Below, in pieces: positions 8,855-18,230 of a stretch of 64,000 nucleotides of DNA. The stretch is taken from positions 329,206-393,205 of the forward strand of contig JBAYJA010000001.1 of assembly GCA_041665345.1 (NCBI GenBank). Reading direction: 5' to 3'. Source of the stretch: Patescibacteria group bacterium. GTDB lineage: Bacteria > Patescibacteriota > Patescibacteriia > PEXW01. The position numbers and the translations under genes are program-made. The notes under the pieces are model-generated. The model saw only the letters and a list, made by a program, of their open reading frames with translations. It searched no databases and was not told the origin of the DNA. How positions within the stretch are numbered: the first letter of the stretch is position 1; each line of letters opens with the position of its first letter.

Positions 8855-9526
8855 ATGAAAATTCTCCTGGTGGAAGATGAAGAGAGTATCCGCGAAGTGG
8901 TGAAACGCTACTTGGAGCGCGCGGGTTTTCAGGTGGACGAAGCCGGGAGCGGACCCGTGGCTCTACTGAAAGCCAAGCAGGGATTTGATCTCATTATTTT
9001 AGATTTGAACCTGCCGAATTTGGACGGCGTGGAAGTGTGCAAGAAGATCCGTGAGACATCCAACGTCCCAATCCTCATGGCCACGGCACGGGTGGAAGAA
9101 GGCCAGGAACTTACTGGCTTGTCCGTAGGTGCGGATGACTACATCAAGAAGCCGTACTCACCCAAAGTGTTGGTGGCGCACGTCCAAGCTTTGCTCCGTC
9201 GGGCTAGCCAGCCGGGCAGCCGCAGCCGCGGGCAGGGGAGCATTACCTGTGATGACGAGCAAATGGCTTTGCGCCGCGGCGACGAAACCATTGGGCTTAC
9301 GGCCACGCAGTACCGCATTGCGCGGGCTCTGTTTACAAGCCCGGGCCGGATTTTTTCCCGCACCGAGTTGTTGGAAGCCAGCCGGAATGGGGACAGCGTA
9401 GGGGAGACCGATGAGCGGGTGATTGACGCGCATATCAAAAGTTTGCGTCGCCGCATTGAGGCAGACCAAGAGCAGCCCAAGCACATTCTCACTGTCGTGG
9501 GCGTCGGTTACAAAGCAGCTGTATGA
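8855..9526 (+). CDS. OmpR-family response regulator
   Basis: MKILLVEDEESIRE...DLIILDLNLP receiver domain plus winged-helix C-terminus; ATG at 8855 preferred over the longer ORF from 8732. Confidence 0.85.
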   Translation: MKILLVEDEESIREVVKRYLERAGFQVDEAGSGPVALLKAKQGFDLIILDLNLPNLDGVEVCKKIRETSNVPILMATARVEEGQELTGLSVGADDYIKKPYSPKVLVAHVQALLRRASQPGSRSRGQGSITCDDEQMALRRGDETIGLTATQYRIARALFTSPGRIFSRTELLEASRNGDSVGETDERVIDAHIKSLRRRIEADQEQPKHILTVVGVGYKAAV

Positions 9527-10644
9527 CATTCCAAATCTTCATTCGATCCATAGCATTCCGCGTTGGGGTGAGCGTTGCCCTGCTCTTCATTGTGCTGTTT
9601 GGGAGTTTGTACTTCTTCGTGGAGCGGCGCGGTGAACGAGCGTTTACCGATGTGGTGACCACCTGGAATGGCCGCTTTGGCATCATCACCCCGTTTGATG
9701 ATCCGCAGATGCCGTGGTCAAACCGCATTGCCGAGCCGCGCCAGGAGTTCCGCGCACGTTTCCGCAATTCACTCCTGTTCATTGGCGGGCTTGGTGTTTT
9801 GGGATCAGTGGCTATTGGTGCACTGGTCGCTTCCATGATCACCCGGCCGTTGCGGAAAGTGGGGGAGGGCATGCAGAAGTTGCGAGCCAGTGACTACAAC
9901 CACAAGCTTGCACCAGCTCCTGCTGCGGAAGTGGATGCCTTGGTCACAGAGTTCAACGCATTGACCGATGAATTGCGCCGGACCGATGAATTACGAAAAA
10001 CCATGATCTCCGACGTGTCGCATGAATTGGCAACGCCCATCACCAGTCTCATGGCGCAGCTGGAAGCCATAAGTGACCAAGTGGTTCCTTTGGACGTTGT
10101 GCGCATAGGGAAGTTGCGCACGCAGCTAGACCGGCTGCACAGCATGGTGGATGGCTTGCAAGAGTACACGCGTTTGCGCAGCCGGGCAGTGTCTTTGCAG
10201 CGGCAGATGGTTGACCTCCGACAAGTGGTGGACGCCGTGCTCAATACGCACGAGCAGACGATACGCACTGCACGCATGGCAGTCCATGTGGACATTGCGG
10301 CCGGTGCCACCCTGCAGGCTGACCCCAAATTGCTGGAGCATGTGCTGAACAATTTGGTTGCGAATGCATTGCGGTATAGCCAGGGGAAAACCCTTGCCAT
10401 TCGGCATACTCCCAACCAATTGGTGGTTGAAGATGACGGTGTGGGGATTCCCGCTGAGCACCGGCAAAATATTTTTGAACGTTTCTTCCGCATGGAGAAA
10501 AGCCGCAGCCGGGAAACTGGTGGGCTTGGTTTGGGGCTGGCAATAGTGAAGGAAATTGTGGAAGCGCACGGTTGGCGCATTCGGGCTGAGCAAAGCCAGT
10601 ACTCAACTGGCGCGGCTTTTGTTATTACTACACATCTTGGGTAA
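9523..10644 (+). CDS. sensor histidine kinase (2 TM, HAMP, HisKA, HATPase)
   Basis: H-box MISDVSHELATPITSL, N/G boxes in the C-terminus; start overlaps response-regulator stop (ATGA). Confidence 0.85.
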   Translation: MTFQIFIRSIAFRVGVSVALLFIVLFGSLYFFVERRGERAFTDVVTTWNGRFGIITPFDDPQMPWSNRIAEPRQEFRARFRNSLLFIGGLGVLGSVAIGALVASMITRPLRKVGEGMQKLRASDYNHKLAPAPAAEVDALVTEFNALTDELRRTDELRKTMISDVSHELATPITSLMAQLEAISDQVVPLDVVRIGKLRTQLDRLHSMVDGLQEYTRLRSRAVSLQRQMVDLRQVVDAVLNTHEQTIRTARMAVHVDIAAGATLQADPKLLEHVLNNLVANALRYSQGKTLAIRHTPNQLVVEDDGVGIPAEHRQNIFERFFRMEKSRSRETGGLGLGLAIVKEIVEAHGWRIRAEQSQYSTGAAFVITTHLG

Positions 10645-10674
10645 GAAAAAGCAGCTCGGTATAGACGAGCTGCT
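10645..10674 (-). terminator. rho-independent terminator for the minus-strand gene
   Basis: agcagctcg-gtatagac-gagctgct hairpin; T-run on the minus strand. Confidence 0.7.
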
Positions 10675-10682
10675 GATGGAGG

Positions 10683-11333
10683 CTAGTACTGTTCGACACA
10701 GAACATGGCTCTGCAAAGGTGCAGTACATCCTGGGTAGGTTTCACCAGAATGTCTTGGGTTACATTGAGCAGTAAGGCTTCACTCACCACGGCTTGGGTC
10801 AAGTCTTTGGCATGGGCAATATCCGCTTCTCCATGCATTTGAGTGTAGGTGAAGTCTGTCAGTTGCAGTTTGCGTCCCGCATCCGCAAGCCAGGGCATGA
10901 ATGCTGCTGATGTGTGTTCCAAAAGTGCGAGCACAGAAACGCCGTAGAGCGCACTTTTTTCCGCATAGCTGAGGAGCACGCCAGCTCGCTGCTTTGCCTG
11001 CATTCGCCGGGAGTGGTCTATCCGCTCTTCCCATAGCGGAGTAACGAAGCGGTCAAGCATTGCCGGGTGGTCTTCACCCACTTCACACTCCAAGTTGCTG
11101 CGACACGCATGTATAGCTTCAGGGCTTTGCACGCGGAGCCAGGTGAGACTCAGCAGGGGAATGAACGTTGGTCGAATGGTGTCGGCGTAGGTGAGGACAA
11201 TGTCCGCCAATTGCTCAGGAGTAAGCGATGCAACGGATGGCAGCATTCTTCCCACAGTGTTGGCAACCATCCGAAGTTCATGCTGTGTTTTGCCAAGCAG
11301 CTGTCGTTCGTCCAAGACTTGTAGTTCTGACAT
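10683..11333 (-). CDS. heme-oxygenase-like fold protein (TenA/PqqC / iron-containing redox enzyme family-like)
   Basis: All-helical 216-aa protein with E...H-containing segments (GEDHPAML, HGEADIAHAKD) reminiscent of HO-like di-iron enzymes; assignment tentative. Confidence 0.35.
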   Translation of the reverse strand: MSELQVLDERQLLGKTQHELRMVANTVGRMLPSVASLTPEQLADIVLTYADTIRPTFIPLLSLTWLRVQSPEAIHACRSNLECEVGEDHPAMLDRFVTPLWEERIDHSRRMQAKQRAGVLLSYAEKSALYGVSVLALLEHTSAAFMPWLADAGRKLQLTDFTYTQMHGEADIAHAKDLTQAVVSEALLLNVTQDILVKPTQDVLHLCRAMFCVEQY

Positions 11334-11819
11334 TTGGAAAGGTCTCCTTTCTGGTTTTTGCGTTTCAGCTGAGCTTACTCTTGTACGTAGTACCCGTCAA
11401 GAAAAAAAAATGACGGCAGGGTTGGGAGACCATGCCGCCGTTGTGTCGGGCTTTTTTGGGACCGCAGAACCCATTGTTTGTCCTGCAGCTTTCAAAGAGC
11501 TAGCCGATGACACTACCCGACGTAATGCAGGCAGAAGAAGGGTACAGGGAGCAGGGGAAAAGCGTCAAGAAAAAGACGGTAGTTTCTGGGAACTACCGTC
11601 CGTAGATGATTGAGTGTTAGCCGAAACGTGGTCTATTACTGCATCGGCTTTCAAAGAGCGAGCTCAGCGCCTACTCAATCAAGACGCAAGCAAGGGGAGT
11701 GTAGAATGGGATGCGAAGTGGGTCAATAAACAGTGGGGGTTGACTTCTTGGGAAAAACGTGTACGCTGACTTCTTCGGAAATGGAATTGTACATTATACA
11801 TGGTCAATATGGAGGTTCG

Positions 11820-12422
11820 ATGCTCAAGAAGGAGTTTCTCTCACAGCAGGAAATGGAATTCATTTATGAGAATATCCGCATTGCGTGGGAGCTGAAGGAA
11901 AAAGGACTTTTCGTCCCGATCAACCAAAAGCGAATGCATGAGCTGGTAGGGCGGGGTATTGCAGTGCCCGTATGCCCAGATGGTGACCACAGTCATGACA
12001 TGTTTAACCATCTCACTTCGTTCACTCGTCGGGTGCATGCTCCCGCATTGAACGGGGGAGCGGTTATGATGTCACCTCACCATCCGAAGTATCAGATTGA
12101 GGGGCAAGCGCTTTTCAACAGCCTTGACGGTGCACGTCAGGCCGGCAAACGCTATGGGAATGAGTATGGACTGTTTGGTTTTGAAACGCATCTTGTGTGC
12201 AAAGCAATGCTTGAGGAAATGCGAGGTATTGCTTCTTGTACGCAGTGCATTCTTGAAGGGAAAGATGACTTTATTACGCGGACGGGAATTTCTCCCAAAG
12301 CAACAATGGTTTTCATTCGAATCGACTGGACTCCCTTTGAGCAAAGGGAGGAGAAGAAGAAACGCCGTACCTATATAGTCAAGGGTAGTCGACGTGAGCT
12401 TCTGCGGCCGTATTTGCAGTAG
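11820..12422 (+). CDS. hypothetical protein
   Basis: ATG preceded by GGAGG (ORF open from 11733); no recognised domain. Confidence 0.45.
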   Translation: MLKKEFLSQQEMEFIYENIRIAWELKEKGLFVPINQKRMHELVGRGIAVPVCPDGDHSHDMFNHLTSFTRRVHAPALNGGAVMMSPHHPKYQIEGQALFNSLDGARQAGKRYGNEYGLFGFETHLVCKAMLEEMRGIASCTQCILEGKDDFITRTGISPKATMVFIRIDWTPFEQREEKKKRRTYIVKGSRRELLRPYLQ

Positions 12423-12436
12423 TTGATCTTTTGTTT

Positions 12437-12464
12437 GGACTGGTCATTGTGCCAGTCCTTTTCT
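12437..12464 (+). terminator. rho-independent terminator
   Basis: ggactgg-tcattgtg-ccagtcc hairpin followed by TTTTCT. Confidence 0.7.
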
Positions 12465-12475
12465 ACATTTCAATA

Positions 12476-12504
12476 TTGACAGGTAGCTGTGTGTTCCCTA
12501 CACT
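12476..12504 (+). promoter_or_regulatory. sigma70-like promoter TTGACA-N17-TACACT upstream of the Ehr-like operon
   Basis: Consensus -35, 17-nt spacer. Confidence 0.45.
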
Positions 12505-12610
12505 TGATGCGTCCCGGGCATCATTTCGGCCATCGTAACTACGTTTATCAGTTTTGCTATCCGCTTGCATTTTTTTGCAGGCATCATTCAATCTGGGTTG
12601 ATGTACGTCT

Positions 12611-13150
12611 ATGTTCACACTTTTTTTGAAGATATTTAGCACGCCGAAGACTGTCATCCCCGTCCAGGATTTTGACCGTGAGCAGGCGGCCATTCTGGCG
12701 GTCGGTGAGCGGTTACAGGAGCAGGTGAAACGCCTCTTCCGTGGTTCTTTGGCTATTCGGCAGGTGGACGCTGGTTCAGACAATGCGTGCGAGCAAGAAC
12801 TCGTCGCCCTTGGGAATGCTTTCTACGATGTAGAGCGTTTCGGTATCCACTTTGTGGCGTCGCCGAAGCATGCGGATATGCTTTTGGTGACTGGCCCCGT
12901 AACCCGGAACATGGCTGAAGCATTGCGGCGAGCGTACGCAGCCACGCCAGAGCCAAAAATTGTGGTGGCCGTTGGCGATGATGCAATCAACGGTGGGATT
13001 TTCAAAGGGTCATATGCGACGCATGATGGCGTTGGGAATGTCATCCCCGTGCACTACCAGATTCCGGGTGATCCACCTACGCCAAAGGTTATTATTTACC
13101 ACCTTCTCAAAATTTTGGAAGGACTCGAAAGAAAACCCACACGCACCTGA
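12611..13150 (+). CDS. NuoB / [NiFe]-hydrogenase small-subunit homolog lacking all Fe-S cysteine ligands
   Basis: Clear NuoB-type alignment (FYDVERFGIHFVASPKHADMLLVTGPVTRNMAEALRRAYAATPEPKIVVAVGDDAINGGIF...PGDPPTP). The conserved CC, SMGxCA and PGCPP positions read ...DNACEQ..., AVGDDA and PGDPP. Confidence 0.8.
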   Translation: MFTLFLKIFSTPKTVIPVQDFDREQAAILAVGERLQEQVKRLFRGSLAIRQVDAGSDNACEQELVALGNAFYDVERFGIHFVASPKHADMLLVTGPVTRNMAEALRRAYAATPEPKIVVAVGDDAINGGIFKGSYATHDGVGNVIPVHYQIPGDPPTPKVIIYHLLKILEGLERKPTRT

Positions 13151-13155
13151 GCACT

Positions 13156-15204
13156 ATGCTAGCTAACATTGCTACACCACTGGGTTTCGTCGCGCTCCTC
13201 CTCCTCTTCACCGTTGGGGCTATCGGTGCTTTGCTCCTTCATCGGCATGACCACCGAGCGAATGTGTGGGGTAGTCTTTTCGCAATCGCTGGTTCGGTGT
13301 GGGGCGTGCTTTTCGCCATTGCGGTACTCGTGGGCGGAAATGACATTGCTGCGGCAGTGCAGCTTTCTCCTTTCCCTTTGTTCACCTTCTCCGTGCACAT
13401 CGACAAGCTTTCCGCTTTCTTCCTTGCGGTCATTTCGCTCATCGCGCTGTTCTCCTCTACCTATGGCATAGGCTACGTGAAGCACTACTACAAGCAGTAC
13501 AGCATTGGCGCCCTAGGTTTTTTCTACAACCTGTTCATCGCAGGCATGCTCCTGGTCGTTTCCGCGTCAAACGGGATTTTTTTTCTCGTCGCCTGGGAAC
13601 TCATGTCCCTTGCTTCGTACTTCTTGGTGGTGTACGACCGTAAGGATGCACAGAACGTGAAAGCCGGGTTCCTCTACCTGGTCATGACGCATGTGGGGAC
13701 GGCCTTCATTATCATCGCATTCCTCTTGCTCTATACCCACACTGGGTCGTTTGACTTTGCGGCTATAAAGGCTGGCGCCGTGCTCATCCCGGCATCTATG
13801 AAGAATGCTATTTTCATTCTGGCAATGGTAGGCTTTGGCACGAAGGCTGGCATCATTCCATTCCACATTTGGCTGCCGAGCGCTCACCCCGCGGCACCTT
13901 CACACGTCTCCGCCTTGATGTCTGGCGTGATGATAAAGACCGGCATCTTCATGATGATCAGGCTTTTCCTGGACATTCTCCAGCCTGTCCCGGCATGGTG
14001 GGGGCTGACCGTCGTGGTGATCGGACTTGTTTCGACATTGCTGGGCGTGCTCTACGCATTGACCGAGCACGATATTAAACGTTTGTTGGCGTACTCTAGT
14101 ATCGAGAATATTGGCATCATCCTCCTGGGCGTGGGGAGCGCCCTCACATTCACCGCTCTGGGCATGCAGCCCCTGGCGCTCATCGGCCTGGTTGCGGCGC
14201 TCTTCCATACGCTCAATCATGCAACATTCAAGTCCTTACTCTTCCTCAGCGCTGGATCAGTCATCAACCAGACACATACGCGCAATATGGAAGAGTATGG
14301 TGGGCTGATGAAATATATGCCACAGACAGCGTTGTTCTTTTTGGTTGGCGCAATGGCTATTTCCGCTTTGCCGCCCTTCAATGGTTTCTTCAGCGAATGG
14401 CTGACCTTCCAAGCACTTTTTCAGGGGATTGCGGCGTTAGATTTTTACGCAAAGTGGATTTTCATTCTTGCCGCTGGTTCTCTGGCATTCACCGGTGGGT
14501 TAGCATTAGCATGTTTTGTAAAAGCCTTTGGTGCAACCTTCCTGGCCCGGCCGAGGAGTATTGCAGTGACGCACACGAAAGAATCTTCCCTCTCCCTGCG
14601 TGTCGGTATGGCTGCCCTCGCAGTATTCGCCCTGGTGTTCGGCGTATTCTCCGGACGTCTAACTTCATTCCTCAATGGTGTTGGTCGTGACCTGCAGGTG
14701 TTTCATTCCTCGACCTCCTTCATTTCCATAAATACTCACCAAAATTTGTCGGCTGGGCATTTTGCCTTCGTGTCTCCACTTGCGCTCTTCGTCTACCTCC
14801 TCATTGCACTGGTCATCGTCGTGCTCGGGGTAAAGTACCTGGTGAACCGCAAGCAGAAAGTGCACCTTGGCGCCACGTGGGATTGCGGGACAGATTTGAG
14901 CCCGCGCATGGAGGTTACTGCTACCGGTTTTTCGCATTCTATTGTTACCATCTTTCAGCGAGTGCTCCGGCCCAGCATCCAGCACGACATTGAGTACCGT
15001 GATGACCAGAGTCGCTACTTGCCGAAATCCAGAACGGTGACGCTTGGGGTGAGCGATCTCTACCATACGTACATCTACAACCCAATTCACACATTAGTGA
15101 CTACTCTTTCCGAACGGACGAAGCATGTCCAAGGTGGGAATATCAACGTCTACCTCCTGTACATCTTCATTGCGCTGCTCGCCGCTCTCGTCGTGATTCG
15201 ATAA
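13156..15204 (+). CDS. NuoL/MrpA/HyfB-like antiporter-type membrane subunit
   Basis: 682 aa, about 16 TM, complex I subunit L/M/N family motifs (…GFGTKAGIIPFHIWLPSAH…). Confidence 0.8.
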   Translation: MLANIATPLGFVALLLLFTVGAIGALLLHRHDHRANVWGSLFAIAGSVWGVLFAIAVLVGGNDIAAAVQLSPFPLFTFSVHIDKLSAFFLAVISLIALFSSTYGIGYVKHYYKQYSIGALGFFYNLFIAGMLLVVSASNGIFFLVAWELMSLASYFLVVYDRKDAQNVKAGFLYLVMTHVGTAFIIIAFLLLYTHTGSFDFAAIKAGAVLIPASMKNAIFILAMVGFGTKAGIIPFHIWLPSAHPAAPSHVSALMSGVMIKTGIFMMIRLFLDILQPVPAWWGLTVVVIGLVSTLLGVLYALTEHDIKRLLAYSSIENIGIILLGVGSALTFTALGMQPLALIGLVAALFHTLNHATFKSLLFLSAGSVINQTHTRNMEEYGGLMKYMPQTALFFLVGAMAISALPPFNGFFSEWLTFQALFQGIAALDFYAKWIFILAAGSLAFTGGLALACFVKAFGATFLARPRSIAVTHTKESSLSLRVGMAALAVFALVFGVFSGRLTSFLNGVGRDLQVFHSSTSFISINTHQNLSAGHFAFVSPLALFVYLLIALVIVVLGVKYLVNRKQKVHLGATWDCGTDLSPRMEVTATGFSHSIVTIFQRVLRPSIQHDIEYRDDQSRYLPKSRTVTLGVSDLYHTYIYNPIHTLVTTLSERTKHVQGGNINVYLLYIFIALLAALVVIR

Positions 15205-15206
15205 CC

Positions 15207-16133
15207 GTGACCATTTTTTTCTCCATACTCCAGGCCATCCTCATTCCTGCACTCTCGCCGTTGGGTGTTGGCTTGGTGAGGAAGCTGAAAGCAAGGTTGC
15301 AGAACCGTCAAGGGGCAAGTGTCCTGCAGCCGTATCGGGATTTGTGGAAGCTTTTTCACAAAGATGAAATTATCAGCACTGACGCGTCGTGGATTTTTCG
15401 TTACGCGCCGTTCATCCTCTTCGCGGTTACCCTGGTGGTGAGCGCGAGCATCCCATTCCTCACGGCCATTCCCGGCAGCACATTGACGAGCGACGTACTG
15501 GTTGTCATCTACACCCTAGCCATTGGGACATTTTTCTTGGCCTTGGCGGGGATGGATACCGGTGGGCCGTTCGGCGGTTTTGGCGCCAGCCGCGAAATGA
15601 CCGTATCCGCGTTGGCCGAAGGTGGGCTTATTTTTTCGCTCCTCACCATAGCTTTGCGGAGCGGTACCACCGACCTTTTTGCCATGTCGAGCGCCTCACT
15701 CATCTCCACTACCAGCTCGTACGTGCCTGTGGCCATGGCATTTGTCGGCTTCTTCATTGTGCTGCTGGCGGAAACTGCCCGGTTTCCATTTGACAATCCA
15801 GCCACACACCTGGAACTCACCATGATTCACGAAGCCATGATTCTGGAACACTCTGGAAAGCGGCTGGCGCTCATGGAGTGGGCCTCAGCAAACAAGCTTC
15901 TCATCTTCCTCTCGCTGGGCGCAAACATATTCTTTCCTTGGGGCATCGCACATAGCTTTGGGTTCGCCGAAATGCTTGTGAGTATTTTGGTTTTTGCGGT
16001 CAAGATGCTCATACTCTACACAGCAATTGCAGTACTGGAGTCGAGCATTGCGAAATTTCGTTTCTTCCGCCTCCCTGATCTACTCATGGTTTCTTTCATT
16101 TTGAACAGTGTGGCTATCGCTTTTCTAAAATAG
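15207..16133 (+). CDS. NuoH/HyfC/HycD-like membrane subunit (GTG start)
   Basis: 308-aa polytopic protein with the complex I subunit 1 pattern; adjacent to antiporter-like subunits. Confidence 0.7.
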   Translation: MTIFFSILQAILIPALSPLGVGLVRKLKARLQNRQGASVLQPYRDLWKLFHKDEIISTDASWIFRYAPFILFAVTLVVSASIPFLTAIPGSTLTSDVLVVIYTLAIGTFFLALAGMDTGGPFGGFGASREMTVSALAEGGLIFSLLTIALRSGTTDLFAMSSASLISTTSSYVPVAMAFVGFFIVLLAETARFPFDNPATHLELTMIHEAMILEHSGKRLALMEWASANKLLIFLSLGANIFFPWGIAHSFGFAEMLVSILVFAVKMLILYTAIAVLESSIAKFRFFRLPDLLMVSFILNSVAIAFLK

Positions 16134-16134
16134 T

Positions 16135-16782
16135 ATGGACACTACCCCTGAGCAAATCCTCCTGACGATATTCTTCCTCACGATTGTGATGCTGCACATC
16201 GTGAAGAAAAACTCTGGCACAGCCATCCTCTACGGCCTACAATCTCTCACTGTCGTTCTGCTGCTCGTGCATACGTTTGCGGCTACCAGGGATATTTCCA
16301 TTCTCATTATTGCCGCCCTTCTACTTATTGTGAAAGTCATTCTTGCACCAAGTTTCTTCCTGCGTCTCATTCGGAAGCACGAGCTAAAATTTTCAGTCAG
16401 CACGTACGTGAACCTACCGTTGACACTTGTCATGGTAACCGTTCTGACAGCCATTGCGCATTCCCAGGTTTTTGGCCCACTCATCAACCACATCCCTGCC
16501 AATCAGCAGTACTTGTCCTTGTCCCTGGCTGCGCTGTTCATCTCTCTCTTCCTCATTGTGAATCGGAAGGGTGCGCTTTCACAAATTGTTGGCATCCTCT
16601 CGCTGGAGAACTGCATCGTTGCCTTTGCACTTTTTGCCGGTTTGGAGCAGTCACCCGCATTGCAAATTGGCGTCCTCTTCGACATTTCAGTGTGGATTAT
16701 TATTGCCAGCGTGTTCATCACCATGATTCACAGGCATTTTGGCACGTTGGACGTGACGGAAATGCGGCACTTAAAAGAGTAA
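16135..16782 (+). CDS. HyfE/NuoK-like membrane subunit
   Basis: 215 aa, 6-7 TM; size and position typical for hydrogenase-4 component E. Confidence 0.6.
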   Translation: MDTTPEQILLTIFFLTIVMLHIVKKNSGTAILYGLQSLTVVLLLVHTFAATRDISILIIAALLLIVKVILAPSFFLRLIRKHELKFSVSTYVNLPLTLVMVTVLTAIAHSQVFGPLINHIPANQQYLSLSLAALFISLFLIVNRKGALSQIVGILSLENCIVAFALFAGLEQSPALQIGVLFDISVWIIIASVFITMIHRHFGTLDVTEMRHLKE

Positions 16783-16786
16783 CCGT

Positions 16787-18229
16787 ATGGAATTGGCACT
16801 CATATTTATCCCACTTCTGCTTGCAACCGCAATTGGCCTGCTCATAAAACGCCAGCGGGTCATTGAGTGGGTTTCGGTTGTCGCAACCGTGGTCGCGTTC
16901 ACCGCAAGTCTCTTGGTCGCCCGCCAGGTGGCTGTGCGTGGTGTGTACGCGGTTGGACAATTTTTTTCGGTGGATGCCCTTGGCGCAATTGTCATGCTCA
17001 TCATTGCGTTCGTTGGTCTGGCGGTAACTGCATACGCGGTATTCTACCTTCGCACGGAAATGACACATGGGATCATCGGTTTTCGTCGGGTGCGCCAGTT
17101 GTACGTGTTGCTCAGTCTTTTCTTAGTGGCAATGTTTTTGGCAGCCACCTCCAGCAGCCCCATTTTTACCTGGCTATCTATTGAGGCCACCACGCTGGCT
17201 ACTGCGTTCCTCATTAGTTTCTACAACAAGCCCACCGCAATGGAGGCGGCCTGGAAGTACCTGATCATTAATTCCGTTGGTCTGCTACTGGCATTTTTTG
17301 GCACGCTGCTGTACCTCACGGTGCTGGAAGGTTCAGGTGGGGCAGATTTTCCAACCTGGAGCAGCCTCCTTGCGAATGCTGCACACCTTGACCCGTTGAT
17401 TGCGAAAATCGCTTTCGTCTTCGCGCTCATTGGCTACGGGACGAAGATGGGTTTAGCCCCAATGCACACCTGGTTGCCAGATGCGCATAGCAAAGCCCCG
17501 GTGCCGATTAGCGCGCTCCTCTCGGGTGTGTTGCTCAACGTTGCGTTCTTCGCAGTCATCAAGTGCAAAGGGGTTACTGACCTCGCCGTGGGTCCAGATT
17601 TTTCTCAGAAGCTCCTCATCGCGTTTGGGGTGCTGACGATTGGGATTGCCGCGCTCATAGTCGTCATCCAAAAAAATTACAAGCGTTTGCTGGCATACTC
17701 AAGCATGGAGAATATGGGGATTCTGGCGCTTGGGTTTGGCTTCGGTGGGCTTGGCATTTTTGCGGCACTGCTCCACACCTTGTACCATGCTCTCCTGAAA
17801 TCCGCCTTCTTCCTGACCGTGGGGAACGTTTTCCTGAAGTACGGCACCACGAAAATTCACCAAGTGCAAGGTGCCCTTCGGATCCTTCCGGTAACGAGTG
17901 TGCTCTTGCTCATTGGTTTCTTGGCCATTACCGGCGCGCCACCGTTTGGGATATTCTTTACGAAAATATACATTCTGTCCGCTGGTATGCAGCAGCACCC
18001 TTTCGTCAGCATCATCGTGTTGCTTTTCATGGCCGTGCTCTTCTACGGCTTCTTCAAGCACATTACCAGTATGGTGTTTGGTACGGCCCCAGCAGACATG
18101 CAACCAGGTCAGCAAAGCGCATGGCTCACAATTCCACCCCTTGTCCTCGTCGTCATTGCGCTCTACCTGAGCCTCCACCTGCCAGCATTCCTCAACACCC
18201 TCGTCCATGCAGCGGCGGCAAAATACTAG
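16787..18229 (+). CDS. NuoN/NuoM/HyfF-like antiporter-type membrane subunit
   Basis: 480 aa, proton-conducting membrane transporter family motifs (…GYGTKMGLAPMHTWLPDAH…). Confidence 0.8.
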   Translation: MELALIFIPLLLATAIGLLIKRQRVIEWVSVVATVVAFTASLLVARQVAVRGVYAVGQFFSVDALGAIVMLIIAFVGLAVTAYAVFYLRTEMTHGIIGFRRVRQLYVLLSLFLVAMFLAATSSSPIFTWLSIEATTLATAFLISFYNKPTAMEAAWKYLIINSVGLLLAFFGTLLYLTVLEGSGGADFPTWSSLLANAAHLDPLIAKIAFVFALIGYGTKMGLAPMHTWLPDAHSKAPVPISALLSGVLLNVAFFAVIKCKGVTDLAVGPDFSQKLLIAFGVLTIGIAALIVVIQKNYKRLLAYSSMENMGILALGFGFGGLGIFAALLHTLYHALLKSAFFLTVGNVFLKYGTTKIHQVQGALRILPVTSVLLLIGFLAITGAPPFGIFFTKIYILSAGMQQHPFVSIIVLLFMAVLFYGFFKHITSMVFGTAPADMQPGQQSAWLTIPPLVLVVIALYLSLHLPAFLNTLVHAAAAKY

Positions 18230-18230
18230 T

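Noticed and set aside
13159-15090. Minus-strand ORFs antisense to the NuoL-like gene (13159-13485, 13567-13887, 13900-14220, 14665-15090)
   Set aside because: Embedded in a well-supported membrane-subunit gene on the other strand; no independent signals.
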